From an uncultured Bacilli bacterium (GTDB lineage Bacteria; Bacillota_I; Bacilli_A; RF39; UBA660): a DNA stretch of 25,077 nucleotides. Of this stretch, positions 8,186 to 18,153 are shown in pieces. The DNA lies in contig CANUCD010000001.1 in NCBI GenBank assembly GCA_947856335.1, positions 1 through 25,077 of the forward strand. Direction: 5' to 3'. Every line of letters begins with the position of its first letter. Positions within the stretch are counted from its first letter, which is position 1. The position numbers and the translations under genes were made by a program. The notes under the pieces are model-generated. The model saw only the letters and a program-made list of their open reading frames with translations. It was not told where the DNA came from and did not search any database.

Positions 8186-9301
8186 TTACCTCTTTTCTAA
8201 TAGTGCTATCCAAAGTTTTTGTACTTCTTTAATATTATATTTATTTTTTCTTTTATTATTTTCCAGTATTTTTTTTTGTAAAACTTGTCTGTTATTAAAA
8301 TAGTATAAAACCTTTTCAGCCATTAAATTAATGTCTCTATTTGGTATTAAAATTTCTTTGTCATTTTCAAGTATTTCACAAGCACCTTGAGCGGTATCAA
8401 AAGCTATTGGTAGAATCCCAGCTTCCATTGCTTCCAATAAAACAATTCCAAAAGATTCAGTGTAAGAAGTCATTAAAAATATCGTACTATCAACTAAATG
8501 TTTGGATATTTCTTTACTATTCAAAGTTCCAAGTAAATGAATTTTATTCTCTAAATGATAATCTTTGATTTTGTTTTCTATTTTTTCTTTCTCTGGACCA
8601 TCACCAATTAATGATAGGTCAATATTTTTATCTTTTTCATTTACTTTTTCCATAACATCTATTAAATCTAAAAATCCTTTTTCAGAGCTTAGTCTACCAA
8701 CACTAATAATTTTATTATTGCTTATATCTGACTTTTTACTAATATTTAAATCGTATGTATTTGGTATATAAACACATTTTATATTGGTTTTATCTTTATA
8801 AAAATTATAAAGCTCTTTGGATACTAATACAAAATAATCTAGTTTTTTTATGCAATTTAAAGTTTTTGTAATATATTTTTTGTTATTATTATGATGGTTA
8901 TGCTCAGTTGCAATTTTTATTATTTCCCTTTTGGCATATTTGCCAACATATTTGTTATGGAAAGCTCGCGTTGTTATAATATAATCGCTCTTTATTTTTT
9001 TTATAGCATCAATATTTAATTTTCTCTTTAAGTATAATATTTTTAATGATTTATATCCTTCTTTAAATATCTTTCCTAATTTAATATGTTTGATAGCGTG
9101 TTTTAATTCTTCTCTATTAGATATATCATTTATAAGATAAGTTATTTTGGCATTACAAAAATCATAAATTCTATTTTTGCTTTTGTAAGTAAAAATAATT
9201 TCTATATCATAATAATTCTTTAACATTAAACATAGTGTTGAAATGTATTTTTCTGCACCACCTACTCCATCATGTAAAGCTAAAATTGTTATTTTTTTCA
9301 T
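8186..9301 (-). CDS. Family 4 (GT-B) glycosyltransferase
   Basis: GGAEK near the N-terminus, ISVGRLSSEKG, S..ESFGIVLLEAM. Confidence 0.9.
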   Translation of the reverse strand: MKKITILALHDGVGGAEKYISTLCLMLKNYYDIEIIFTYKSKNRIYDFCNAKITYLINDISNREELKHAIKHIKLGKIFKEGYKSLKILYLKRKLNIDAIKKIKSDYIITTRAFHNKYVGKYAKREIIKIATEHNHHNNNKKYITKTLNCIKKLDYFVLVSKELYNFYKDKTNIKCVYIPNTYDLNISKKSDISNNKIISVGRLSSEKGFLDLIDVMEKVNEKDKNIDLSLIGDGPEKEKIENKIKDYHLENKIHLLGTLNSKEISKHLVDSTIFLMTSYTESFGIVLLEAMEAGILPIAFDTAQGACEILENDKEILIPNRDINLMAEKVLYYFNNRQVLQKKILENNKRKNKYNIKEVQKLWIALLEKR

Positions 9302-10011
9302 TATTTATTTCTCGAAATATACTTTCTGTATTTTTCTGCTTTTGCTTTAGTATTTATACTTAATTTTAGCTTCTTCATAATTTTATATTTCAAAGACTTT
9401 TTATTGTCTAACCACGAACCAGTAAATACATGAATTGATACAGAATCTTTTGATGGATTACAAAAAATATAGTCTGGATAGACTGCTATATCATCTTTTA
9501 AAATTTGATATTTATTTCCTAATTCGCACTTATAATCGTTTATCAAAATATTTGAAACAGAAATGGTGTTGTTACTTGAGAAGTCAAAGTTGTATAATTT
9601 TAGTTCATCATAATAATCAAGCATTTTTTTAGTCAATAAATGATGCTTTTTAGCTCCGAAAACTGCCGTAAATGGGTGAGTATCATTTTCAAAGCCTACA
9701 AAAGCATCGTGTTGTAAGTACTTATCAAAATTATCTAGTAATATAACATCTGTATCTAAATAAATTCCTCCTTCATGATAAATTACATATGCTCTTATAT
9801 AATCGCTAACATATGCCCATTTTTTGGCTTCATATGCTGCTTTACAAAAAGGATGGGAATTGATATCGAAATTATTTTCATTCCATTCTTTGATTTCATA
9901 ACCTTCTAAGTGTTTTTGCCAAGTTTTCATACATTTTTGAATATCTTTAGGCTTTGGATTGCCCCCTACCCATATGTAATGGATTATTTTGGGTATTTTA
10001 TCTTTTTTCAT
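9301..10011 (-). CDS. GT32/OCH1-like DXD glycosyltransferase (capsular polysaccharide synthesis type)
   Basis: Start likely ATG 10011 (SD GGAGG, overlapping the upstream TAA). IPKIIHYIWVGG, SDYIR, GGIYLDTDV. Confidence 0.9.
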   Translation of the reverse strand: MKKDKIPKIIHYIWVGGNPKPKDIQKCMKTWQKHLEGYEIKEWNENNFDINSHPFCKAAYEAKKWAYVSDYIRAYVIYHEGGIYLDTDVILLDNFDKYLQHDAFVGFENDTHPFTAVFGAKKHHLLTKKMLDYYDELKLYNFDFSSNNTISVSNILINDYKCELGNKYQILKDDIAVYPDYIFCNPSKDSVSIHVFTGSWLDNKKSLKYKIMKKLKLSINTKAKAEKYRKYISRNK

Positions 10012-11174
10012 TATTCCTCCTTTATTACAATTGTTATGAATGGGTATATACATAAAAATTTAGTAATATTTATCATTTTTTTATAGTCTTTTTCATTTGA
10101 TACTTCTATTGTTTTAAAACCATCTTGCATTTCTTTAATTATTTTTAAATATATTGATGATAGATTATTATTTAACAAATCGTTATTAAACTTTCTCATA
10201 TCTTTACCATAATAAATAAAATCTTGATTATCAATTTTATTAATTTTTATTGTCCGATTATTTTTGCTTTGGTAAAACGATAGCAAATTTGCTAAAAAAA
10301 GATTTTCTTTGTATTCATTTTTATATCTTTTTCTTAATATAAATTTAATAATTTTGCTTTTACATTTACTTTCTTTTTTTATGTAAATTGGTTTATATGT
10401 TATATGGGCTTTATTTAAAGTTCTAAATAAATAATATTGTAGTTTATAAAAAGGTATACTATAATATTTCATCAAATTAATTGCTGTTCTTAATTCGCCA
10501 TTTATTACATTTAATTTTCCTACTGGATTATTTATATAATTTCCTTCAAAAATACGATATTTAAAAAAAGGAAAAATAGCATTTTTTACATTTAGCATTG
10601 CTGGTTTTTCTCTTAGATCCAACCAAAACGGTGTATTCCAAGTTAAATAATTGTACTTCACTGTTGTCGTAAAACTTTTATATGTGTGAAAAGCTGTGTC
10701 AGTGTATAAATTTCTTCCTAACCATAAAAGCTGTAATGCTATAGTACTTTCACTTTTTTTATATTTTTTTACCTGTAAATTTCCAGTTATTTCTGATTTT
10801 TCGTTAATAATTATAGGACTAGATATTAAAGCATCTATTTTTGAGTTTTTAAACTCTTTTAAAGCTTTTTCTAGTACATATTTGTCTGCAAGCAAATCGT
10901 CTGAATGTAAAATGTAGATATAATCACCCGTAATGTATGGGAATATGTTTAAAATAGCATTTAATTGATCTTGATTATTATGATAATAATATTTTATTCT
11001 TTTTTCTTTTTTCTTCTTCAAATATTGTTGTATAATTTCCCTTGTATCGTCAGTTGATCCGTCATCAGAAATTAAAAGTTCCCAGTTTTTATATGTTTGC
11101 ATAACCACAGAGTCAAGAGCTTCTATGATACTTTCTGAATCATTATAAGTGGGCATAATAATTGTAAACTTCAT
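10011..11174 (-). CDS. Family 2 glycosyltransferase
   Basis: Start likely ATG 11174 (SD AGGAG). IIMPTYN, QTYKNWELLISDDGSTD, LHSDD. Confidence 0.88.
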   Translation of the reverse strand: MKFTIIMPTYNDSESIIEALDSVVMQTYKNWELLISDDGSTDDTREIIQQYLKKKKEKRIKYYYHNNQDQLNAILNIFPYITGDYIYILHSDDLLADKYVLEKALKEFKNSKIDALISSPIIINEKSEITGNLQVKKYKKSESTIALQLLWLGRNLYTDTAFHTYKSFTTTVKYNYLTWNTPFWLDLREKPAMLNVKNAIFPFFKYRIFEGNYINNPVGKLNVINGELRTAINLMKYYSIPFYKLQYYLFRTLNKAHITYKPIYIKKESKCKSKIIKFILRKRYKNEYKENLFLANLLSFYQSKNNRTIKINKIDNQDFIYYGKDMRKFNNDLLNNNLSSIYLKIIKEMQDGFKTIEVSNEKDYKKMINITKFLCIYPFITIVIKEE

Positions 11175-11190
11175 ATCTTTTCTCCTCGTA

Positions 11191-11222
11191 ATTATCATAT
11201 CAAAAATGTAGTAGAAAATCAA
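11191..11222 (-). promoter_or_regulatory. Putative promoter for the GT2-GT32-GT4-tagA unit
   Basis: Minus strand TTGATT (11222-11217) - 17 nt - TATGAT (11199-11194), with extended -10 TGA-TATGAT. Confidence 0.6.
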
Positions 11223-11252
11223 ATGTTTTACATTAAATTTAAAGCAGCAATT

Positions 11253-11288
11253 AAAAAAACTCATTATAAAAATATTTAATATAATGAG
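11253..11288 (-). terminator. Intrinsic terminator after the Wzy/ligase-like gene
   Basis: Perfect 9-bp stem CTCATTATA (11260-11268)/TATAATGAG (11280-11288), followed by T7 on the minus strand. Confidence 0.65.
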
Positions 11289-11302
11289 CATGTTTTTATA
11301 AA

Positions 11303-12610
11303 TTATTTATTTTCCAATGTTATTTTAGGTTTTAGCGAAAAGAAAATGTACAAATAATATATTGTTAAAAATGATGATACAGCTGGTGCACTAATAATAT
11401 GCCCTGCAAAAAATCCTATACCTAATATTAGCAAAAACATTAAAATTGCATAACTTAAATTTAAATTCCATTTATAGCTTTTTGATTTAACGGATTTTAT
11501 TAAACTGTATAGAAGAAATAAGTATGGGAAACACAAAATTAAAAAGCCAATTAACCCATAATGGTAAAAAATGTCAAAAAAATCCATTTCTGCTATTTTT
11601 ATTTCTTGTTTTTCGGCATCATAAAAACCAATACCAAATAATTTATCTACTACATTAGCCTCCATATATTCTTTATTCATTTCCTTAACTTTAATATCTC
11701 GGTTACTTAATAGTTGTGATAAAAAACTTTCTTCTGGTTTAGGGGGCTGTTGCGGATTCGGTTGTATAGTTGTATTAGGAGGCACGGTTTCTACAATAGG
11801 CTGCTTCTCATTTTTAGAATTATATTCTTCAATATTTGCATACAATTTATCACCAAACGGAGAATATAAAATTGAATAAATAAGTATTATTATTAATAGA
11901 AAAGCCTTATTAATTACTTTTTTTCTCTTAAAGAGAATATATAATATTGCATATATAATTATAACCATTCCTAATCCAATTGTAGCTACTTTTGTAGCAA
12001 TTGCTAATATAGTTAAAATCGAAATAAATGATATTATTAGAAACCAGATTTTGTGCTTTTCTAATAAAGAAAATGTTGCCGGATAAAGCATTAATAATAT
12101 GGGTCCAACTTCATTTGCGGCATAAAACCAACCAACTAAACCATACTTTTCTCTAACATAAGAATTGAAACTTGATTGCAAAATTACGGGTAGTAGAATA
12201 AATATTATATAAAATATTAAACCTATTAAAAATATTTTTTGCCATTTTTTCGTGTCAAAGCCATATTCATCACATAAGTTTAACATTCCTAATATTAAAA
12301 TTGGGAAATACATAAACTTAAATATTAAATTTGCTTCATTATAAAGTGCCCGTAATGTGAAATATTCTGGTTTTGTTAAAATGTATGTTATTGCAAATAT
12401 CGCTAATATTGAAAAATATATTATAGTTAATTTCTTATATTTAGATTTTGATAGGAAGAAAACATACATTACTAAAAAAACAAGTAAAGATATTCGGACT
12501 ATAACTCCAATTGTTAATGGGAAATCACCATACCTTGTCATTAAACCAGTAAGTAAATTAATTAATGGAAATAATAAAAATATAATATACATCGCTTTTA
12601 TTTTTTTCAT
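11303..12610 (-). CDS. O-antigen ligase/Wzy-like polytopic membrane protein (polymerase or ligase)
   Basis: Start likely ATG 12610. About 11 TM segments, 'GWFYAANE', 'ATKVA', late loop 'LSNRD...LFGIG', 'EMDFFDIFYHYG', 'AGHII.AP', as in O-antigen ligase-like proteins. Confidence 0.7.
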   Translation of the reverse strand: MKKIKAMYIIFLLFPLINLLTGLMTRYGDFPLTIGVIVRISLLVFLVMYVFFLSKSKYKKLTIIYFSILAIFAITYILTKPEYFTLRALYNEANLIFKFMYFPILILGMLNLCDEYGFDTKKWQKIFLIGLIFYIIFILLPVILQSSFNSYVREKYGLVGWFYAANEVGPILLMLYPATFSLLEKHKIWFLIISFISILTILAIATKVATIGLGMVIIIYAILYILFKRKKVINKAFLLIIILIYSILYSPFGDKLYANIEEYNSKNEKQPIVETVPPNTTIQPNPQQPPKPEESFLSQLLSNRDIKVKEMNKEYMEANVVDKLFGIGFYDAEKQEIKIAEMDFFDIFYHYGLIGFLILCFPYLFLLYSLIKSVKSKSYKWNLNLSYAILMFLLILGIGFFAGHIISAPAVSSFLTIYYLYIFFSLKPKITLENK

Positions 12611-12641
12611 TTCATTATAAACTCCTTTGGGCTGCCTATAT

Positions 12642-12673
12642 AAAAGTTTAACATAATTTTTTATATTCGACAA
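12642..12673 (-). promoter_or_regulatory. Putative internal promoter for the Wzy-like gene
   Basis: Minus strand TTGTCG (12673-12668) - 17 nt - TAAACT (12650-12645), with extended -10 TGT; SD AGGAG at 12626-12622. Confidence 0.5.
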
Positions 12674-12680
12674 TATTTTT

Positions 12681-14189
12681 TTATTCAGTATACTTTCCTT
12701 TTACTTTAATAAATTCTATTCCACGTTTGATTAGCGATCTAAACGATTTAAATAGAGCAAAGAAAAAAATAGTTAATATAATACCAGTTATAATTGCAAA
12801 AATTATTACATAAATCATCCACATAGTTACTTTAGAAAATTGTAACTCTAAATAATTAAAGGCAAATATAAATAGTAGATTGATTATTAGCACAATAAAA
12901 TATATTACAAAATAATGAATTGGATTTCTTTTAAATATATTTTTAAATATATATATAGCATTGAATATAAATGTTGTAGCAAACCTTGAAAGAACTGTTC
13001 CTAATAGTACTCCCATTATGCCTAGCTTGTGAATTAGTGAAAAAGATATGATAATGTTTAATATGGCTTCTAGAATCGTTGCTTTTTTTGTTTCTTTAAA
13101 TAAGCATAAACCATTTATTACTATTGTTGTTGCTTTATCTACAATTAATTGGAATAAAATTAGGCAAAATAGGGATAATGTAAAGTTTGTTACTACATAT
13201 TCTTGCCCTACCCAAAATTTAATTAATGAATTTAAAAAACCGTACAGCATTATATTAATAAAACTAGCTATAAACAAGAAAAAAATGTACATTTCTGTAA
13301 ACACCATATACTTTTTTTCTCCTTGTTCTTTAAACATTACATTAGCAAAACTTGGTGTAATTGCTGAAGAAACTAAAAAGACTATATCACCTAAAAATTT
13401 AGTGATATAATTATATGATGAGTATATAATAACACTAATTGGATTAATAAAAGTTGAAATTAAAATAATGTCTGTATTTGAATTTAAAAGATCCGCACCT
13501 TTTCTCCAAATCATATCTTTCGTTCCCTTTAAATAACTTTTATTAAATTTTTTATTATCTTTTAGCCATGGATATTCTTTAAATATTTTTTTATTAATGA
13601 TTAAATCTACTACAACTGTTAAAACAATACCTGGAATTAAAATAAAGAGATAGTCTACACCTAATAATACTAGGATTATTTCAATTATAGTTTCTGCTAT
13701 TCTTATACTTTTAACTCCTAAATTAATTTTATATGACTTTTGATCAGCTTCAATTACGAAACGTGGAGCTATAAAGAAATAATCAACAATATTTCTGATT
13801 ATAAATATAAGGAATATAAGCTGTATATATCCAATAGGCAAATCTGCTTTTGTAAAAAAATGAACAAAAAAGCTGATAATTAGTGCTATTATAAAGATTA
13901 TTGAGCCAATGATACTATAAAATCTTTTTGATGTACTATAAATGTCGTTAATTTCTTTAGTATCATTTTTTGCAAATGCACTATAAAGTTTTTTATTGAG
14001 TAATAAACTAAATCCAATATCTGTAATAGCAAGATAACTAAATATTTGATAAAATAGTTGATTTAGTGAATAAACATCATTACTAAGACCGTTTACAAAA
14101 ATTCTAATTTTTACAAAGCCTAAAATTCCAACTATTAAAGTTAAACTAACAGACGTAATGATATTTTTAAGAGTGTTTTTTGTACGCAT
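12681..14189 (-). CDS. wzx: Wzx/MOP family polysaccharide flippase
   Basis: Start likely ATG 14189 (MRTKNTLKN). About 12-14 TM segments, 'R.F...L...Y.LN.LF.QI.SYL...D.G', 'ADQK.Y', 'TD.ILIS', 'EAILNI.ISF.L...LGIMGVLLGT'. Confidence 0.85.
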   Translation of the reverse strand: MRTKNTLKNIITSVSLTLIVGILGFVKIRIFVNGLSNDVYSLNQLFYQIFSYLAITDIGFSLLLNKKLYSAFAKNDTKEINDIYSTSKRFYSIIGSIIFIIALIISFFVHFFTKADLPIGYIQLIFLIFIIRNIVDYFFIAPRFVIEADQKSYKINLGVKSIRIAETIIEIILVLLGVDYLFILIPGIVLTVVVDLIINKKIFKEYPWLKDNKKFNKSYLKGTKDMIWRKGADLLNSNTDIILISTFINPISVIIYSSYNYITKFLGDIVFLVSSAITPSFANVMFKEQGEKKYMVFTEMYIFFLFIASFINIMLYGFLNSLIKFWVGQEYVVTNFTLSLFCLILFQLIVDKATTIVINGLCLFKETKKATILEAILNIIISFSLIHKLGIMGVLLGTVLSRFATTFIFNAIYIFKNIFKRNPIHYFVIYFIVLIINLLFIFAFNYLELQFSKVTMWMIYVIIFAIITGIILTIFFFALFKSFRSLIKRGIEFIKVKGKYTE

Positions 14190-14203
14190 TTTTATCATCC
14201 CCA

Positions 14204-15343
14204 CTATTCTTTGATATCAAAATTACCACAATTCAGATTTTCGACAAATCTTTTTGTGGCTTGACCATCATTTAAGTAATTAAATTTTTTATTGAATTTT
14301 TTTAATTTTTTCTCATATCCAGTAAAACTAGTATCTAAATTTTTTAAAGTATTATAAAGTTCTTTTTCTGTATAACATATTGGTCCTGGCATTATTTTTT
14401 GATAATCGATTACAATTCCTGGATAAGTACTATATTTTTCATAATCATATGGATACAGAATAATTTTTTTATCCGTTAATGCAAATTCATAGATTGATGC
14501 TGAATAATCTGATATTAATATATCAGTTATTGGGTATAAATCTACTATATCAGGTACATTTTCGCAATTTATAAAATTAGAATTCTTAAAAATATTTTTA
14601 TCAGTTTTAGAGTTTAATAGTGGATGCAATCTTACTAAAAACACATAGTCTTGTAATTCACATAGCGATTCAATATTTAATTTTATGTTTTCCTTTCCTA
14701 ATAAATCTTCACGATACGTTGGTGCATATAATACTATTTTTTTATCTAAAGGAATATTATACTTCTTTTTTAAATTTTCAATTTCATCTGATGATAGTTT
14801 TTTAGATCTTGCAATTGGATCTGTGCTGGGTATGCCTAATCTAAAAATCTTTTGGTCAAATCCTGTTGAATTTTTTATCTGCGTTTCTTCTTCTTCACAC
14901 ATAGATATATATATATCCCAGTCCTGAATATGTTTTAATTTATTTTCTGTATGCTCTTTTCTATATTCATCTATTTCTAGTCCCATCTTTTTTACAGGTC
15001 CGTGACCATGGAATGTTTGAATATAAATTTGAGATTTTTTCTTTTTTAATACTGGATTTACACTGTCGCTCATTATCCAATATTTAGCTTTTGAGATATA
15101 ATATAAAGATTTCAATGTCCGGTGATAACATATATCTTTGCTGTCTAATTTATCAATTTCTGTACCTTTATATACCATGTATTTCATATTAAATTTTGAA
15201 TTGCAATTTTTCTTCAAGTATAAGTATATTTCTCTTGGATTTCCATCAACTCTATTTCTACTAGAAAAAAAGACAATATGATTATCTTCTACTTTAAAAA
15301 TCTTAAAAAATAGATTTAAAAAGAAAATTATAATGTTTTTCAT
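14204..15343 (-). CDS. CDP-glycerol glycerophosphotransferase family protein (TagB/TagF-like)
   Basis: QTFHGHGPVKKMG (cf. QTWHGTPLK), LYAPTYRE, LVRLHP, DILISDYSAS.YEF, ILYPYD, DGQATKR. Confidence 0.88.
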   Translation of the reverse strand: MKNIIIFFLNLFFKIFKVEDNHIVFFSSRNRVDGNPREIYLYLKKNCNSKFNMKYMVYKGTEIDKLDSKDICYHRTLKSLYYISKAKYWIMSDSVNPVLKKKKSQIYIQTFHGHGPVKKMGLEIDEYRKEHTENKLKHIQDWDIYISMCEEEETQIKNSTGFDQKIFRLGIPSTDPIARSKKLSSDEIENLKKKYNIPLDKKIVLYAPTYREDLLGKENIKLNIESLCELQDYVFLVRLHPLLNSKTDKNIFKNSNFINCENVPDIVDLYPITDILISDYSASIYEFALTDKKIILYPYDYEKYSTYPGIVIDYQKIMPGPICYTEKELYNTLKNLDTSFTGYEKKLKKFNKKFNYLNDGQATKRFVENLNCGNFDIKE

Positions 15344-17172
15344 TTTACGCCTTTCATATATTCTTTATATTTTTTTAAGGCATCAACTAGAGTTTGATTT
15401 TCTTTTTCTGTTTTTACGGCAATCCTAATAAAACTTTCATTATCAAAGCCTTTTTTGCTCGATAAATCTTTAATTAATAAATTATATTTTTCTAATAAAT
15501 ATAGTGTTAAATCCTGTGAATCCATATCAATTAATTTAACCATAACATAATTTGCCTGAGAAGCATAAACTTCTATGAATTCTAATTTTTTTAGTTGTTC
15601 TATAAATTTTTTCCTTGTTTCACATATTTTATTGCATGCTATCTCATAGTTTTTACTAAACGGAACAAATATTTGCAAAAAATATTCTGCAAAAGAATTA
15701 ATATTCCAAACAGGCATATTATCTTTAAATTCTTTTAAAAATTCCTTATTTGATGAAGCTAGAACGCCTAATCTTAAACCTGGTATGCCATAAGATTTAC
15801 TTATGCTTTTTATGACGATTAAATTTTCATATTTATCTAAAATCTTGTCATCAATTAAGGTATAGCGTAATTCTGGTTCAGCAAAATCAATAAATGACTC
15901 ATCAAAAATAATTATTTTATTTTTAGCATTATATTTGTCTATTACTTCTAGTATATCTTCATATTTTATAAAGCTTCCACTTGGATTATCAGGATTTATA
16001 ATAACTAAAGCATCTATTTTATCAATATACTGTAACAAATAATCTTTTGTTAATTGATAGTTATTTTCTTTTGTGTTTAAAAATACTATTTCAGTGTTTG
16101 GTAAACATCTAACATACTCATTAAAAGTAGGAAATGGAATTCCAATCTTTCCTTTTAATATCACTTTTAGTTGATTAATTAATTCTGCAGCACCATTTCC
16201 AACTAGTAGTTTGCTTTCATCGACATTGTTAAAAAAACGTGATATGCAATTACTTTGTATACTCATTGTAGAAGGATAATCTACTAATAAATTTTCAAAA
16301 TTGTATTTCATTTTATCAATCATTGCTTGCGTAGGAAAATACGGATTTACTAAATAGCAAAAATCAATCAGCTCTTTAAATCTCCAATATCCGCCAAATC
16401 TTTTTTGATACAATTCTAGTTGTTGCTTTCCGCTCGAAAAAAACAAAGTTGCAATGTCTAGATCTTGACAATCATCTATTTCATACCACTTTTCTTTGGT
16501 TATTTTAAATGCTTTTATCCCTGATTTTGGAATAGACGAAATAACTTTTAATACTAATTCATAGTAATCATTTTTACCATAAGCATTTATATATGCCTCT
16601 AAAAAAGGAAGATAATAATTATTTAAGTATTCTTTACTAAATTTATAAATATTTACCGTTTTATAATATTTATTTATATCACTATAATTAAAATCAGCTT
16701 TTTCAATAAACTCTATAATATTATCATTTTCATCTATCGTAACTACAGTACCATCCATCCATTCATCATATTTGGCAACTACAGCAGCATTTGTATATGG
16801 TGAATTTACTAATTTTTTTATTATATTTTGTTCATATATTAAATCTGATTCTAACAAAATGGTATCATCTTGACATAATTGATCTTTTGCCATATATAAT
16901 GAATAAATATTATTAGTTGAATCATAGTCATTATTATCTATAAAGGTAATTTTTATTTTTTTATCTAGGTTATGTTTTTTTATATATTTTTTTAAATAAT
17001 CTTTTTTATATCCTACTACTAATAATAGACTATGAATGTTTGCTTCTAGTAAGGCATCTATTGCTCTTTCTAATAGAGAAATCCCGTTGATCTCTAACAT
17101 GCACTTCGTATTATTTTTTGTATATTTTCCTAATCTCTTGCCTTTACCGGCCGCTAACATGATTGCTTGCAT
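15340..17172 (-). CDS. Fusion: N-terminal LicC-like (phosphocholine-type) cytidylyltransferase + C-terminal class I/II PLP enzyme (CobD/HisC-like)
   Basis: N-terminal AAGKGKRL, KCML, VGYKK, NNIYSL, ESDL, WYEID. C-terminal DFCYLVNPYFP, NPDNPSG, DESFIDF, SISKSYGIPGLRLG (PLP Lys), SQANY, IRIAV. Confidence 0.88.
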   Translation of the reverse strand: MQAIMLAAGKGKRLGKYTKNNTKCMLEINGISLLERAIDALLEANIHSLLLVVGYKKDYLKKYIKKHNLDKKIKITFIDNNDYDSTNNIYSLYMAKDQLCQDDTILLESDLIYEQNIIKKLVNSPYTNAAVVAKYDEWMDGTVVTIDENDNIIEFIEKADFNYSDINKYYKTVNIYKFSKEYLNNYYLPFLEAYINAYGKNDYYELVLKVISSIPKSGIKAFKITKEKWYEIDDCQDLDIATLFFSSGKQQLELYQKRFGGYWRFKELIDFCYLVNPYFPTQAMIDKMKYNFENLLVDYPSTMSIQSNCISRFFNNVDESKLLVGNGAAELINQLKVILKGKIGIPFPTFNEYVRCLPNTEIVFLNTKENNYQLTKDYLLQYIDKIDALVIINPDNPSGSFIKYEDILEVIDKYNAKNKIIIFDESFIDFAEPELRYTLIDDKILDKYENLIVIKSISKSYGIPGLRLGVLASSNKEFLKEFKDNMPVWNINSFAEYFLQIFVPFSKNYEIACNKICETRKKFIEQLKKLEFIEVYASQANYVMVKLIDMDSQDLTLYLLEKYNLLIKDLSSKKGFDNESFIRIAVKTEKENQTLVDALKKYKEYMKGVK

Positions 17173-17185
17173 ACTTCTTTCTCCT

Positions 17186-18127
17186 TTATACCCACTTTTT
17201 TTCCTGTGGTGCTTTTAAGTCAATTTCTTTCGTTTTTTCATTTTTGCACATATCATATATTTTTTTAGCAAAATAAATATCGAATATGGAATTACCTATA
17301 TTATAAGCCATTATTTTTTCTTTATTATCTTTTCTGCCGAGATCTTTATTTGTTAAGACTTCTGATAATTCATGTACTTCCTTAAATTTATCAAAATACT
17401 TAAATCCTTGTACATGGCCGATATCATCGACTATAAATTTATCAAAAAACAAGTCACAATTTTGAAAGCCTAAAGTGTGGATTGGTACGACTAAGCAACC
17501 ATCTTTAAACCATTCATCTTTGCCAAAATTTATATCTGTACTGGTTACGCAAGAAACTATGATATCACTATTTTTTATTAAATCTTCATAATTATCGACT
17601 ATATTAAAGTTAATATTTTTACAATGTTGAAATCGTTCTAAAAATCTTTCAGCCTGGTCTTTATATTTATATACTTTTAAATTTATTTTGTCCTTTATTC
17701 TTTTTGAAAAAATGTTCATGAAAGCATAGGCAATATTCCCTAGACCTATAATTGCTACATTTTTGTAATCTTCAATTGCTAATGTTTCAATAGCTAAAAC
17801 TGCTACTGCTGCAGTACGATAGGCAGTAATAATATTTCCATCTAATAAAGCTAAATTTTGTCCTGTATTAGAATCATATAGTATTATTTGACTATCTAAT
17901 GCCGGTTTCCTTTCAGGATATCTGCTTACGATTTTAACTCCTGCCACATTTAGCGAATCAATTATTGAAGGCATTACATTAATAAAAATATGGCCTTCTT
18001 TTTTCATACTAATTTTTGGTGGTAACTGGCAATTTTTTTTATCTAGAAAAACTTGCTTAGTCCACTCCATATATTCATCTGTGCTTAAATTTAGATTCTT
18101 AATCATTTCAAAATCAATTATTTTCAT
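17186..18127 (-). CDS. Ornithine cyclodeaminase/mu-crystallin family NAD(P)-dependent oxidoreductase
   Basis: Start likely ATG 18127 (SD GGAGG). MPS, GVKIVSRYP, LYDSNTG, ITAYRTAA, Rossmann IGLGNIA, SDIIVSC. Confidence 0.88.
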   Translation of the reverse strand: MKIIDFEMIKNLNLSTDEYMEWTKQVFLDKKNCQLPPKISMKKEGHIFINVMPSIIDSLNVAGVKIVSRYPERKPALDSQIILYDSNTGQNLALLDGNIITAYRTAAVAVLAIETLAIEDYKNVAIIGLGNIAYAFMNIFSKRIKDKINLKVYKYKDQAERFLERFQHCKNINFNIVDNYEDLIKNSDIIVSCVTSTDINFGKDEWFKDGCLVVPIHTLGFQNCDLFFDKFIVDDIGHVQGFKYFDKFKEVHELSEVLTNKDLGRKDNKEKIMAYNIGNSIFDIYFAKKIYDMCKNEKTKEIDLKAPQEKKWV

Positions 18128-18153
18128 TTGTTCCTCCAATTTTTTATATAAGT

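Noticed and set aside
8269-8277. A9 coding-strand tract in the GT4 gene (and several A7-A8 tracts elsewhere) as phase-variation sites
   Set aside because: Frames are intact and such runs are expected in Lys-rich, AT-rich genes.
2899-17218. Small plus-strand ORFs (2899, 4030, 6608, 8341, 8565, 9435, 10696, 12357, 13048, 14620, 14685, 17036)
   Set aside because: All lie almost wholly antisense to well-supported genes and have the composition expected of shadow frames.
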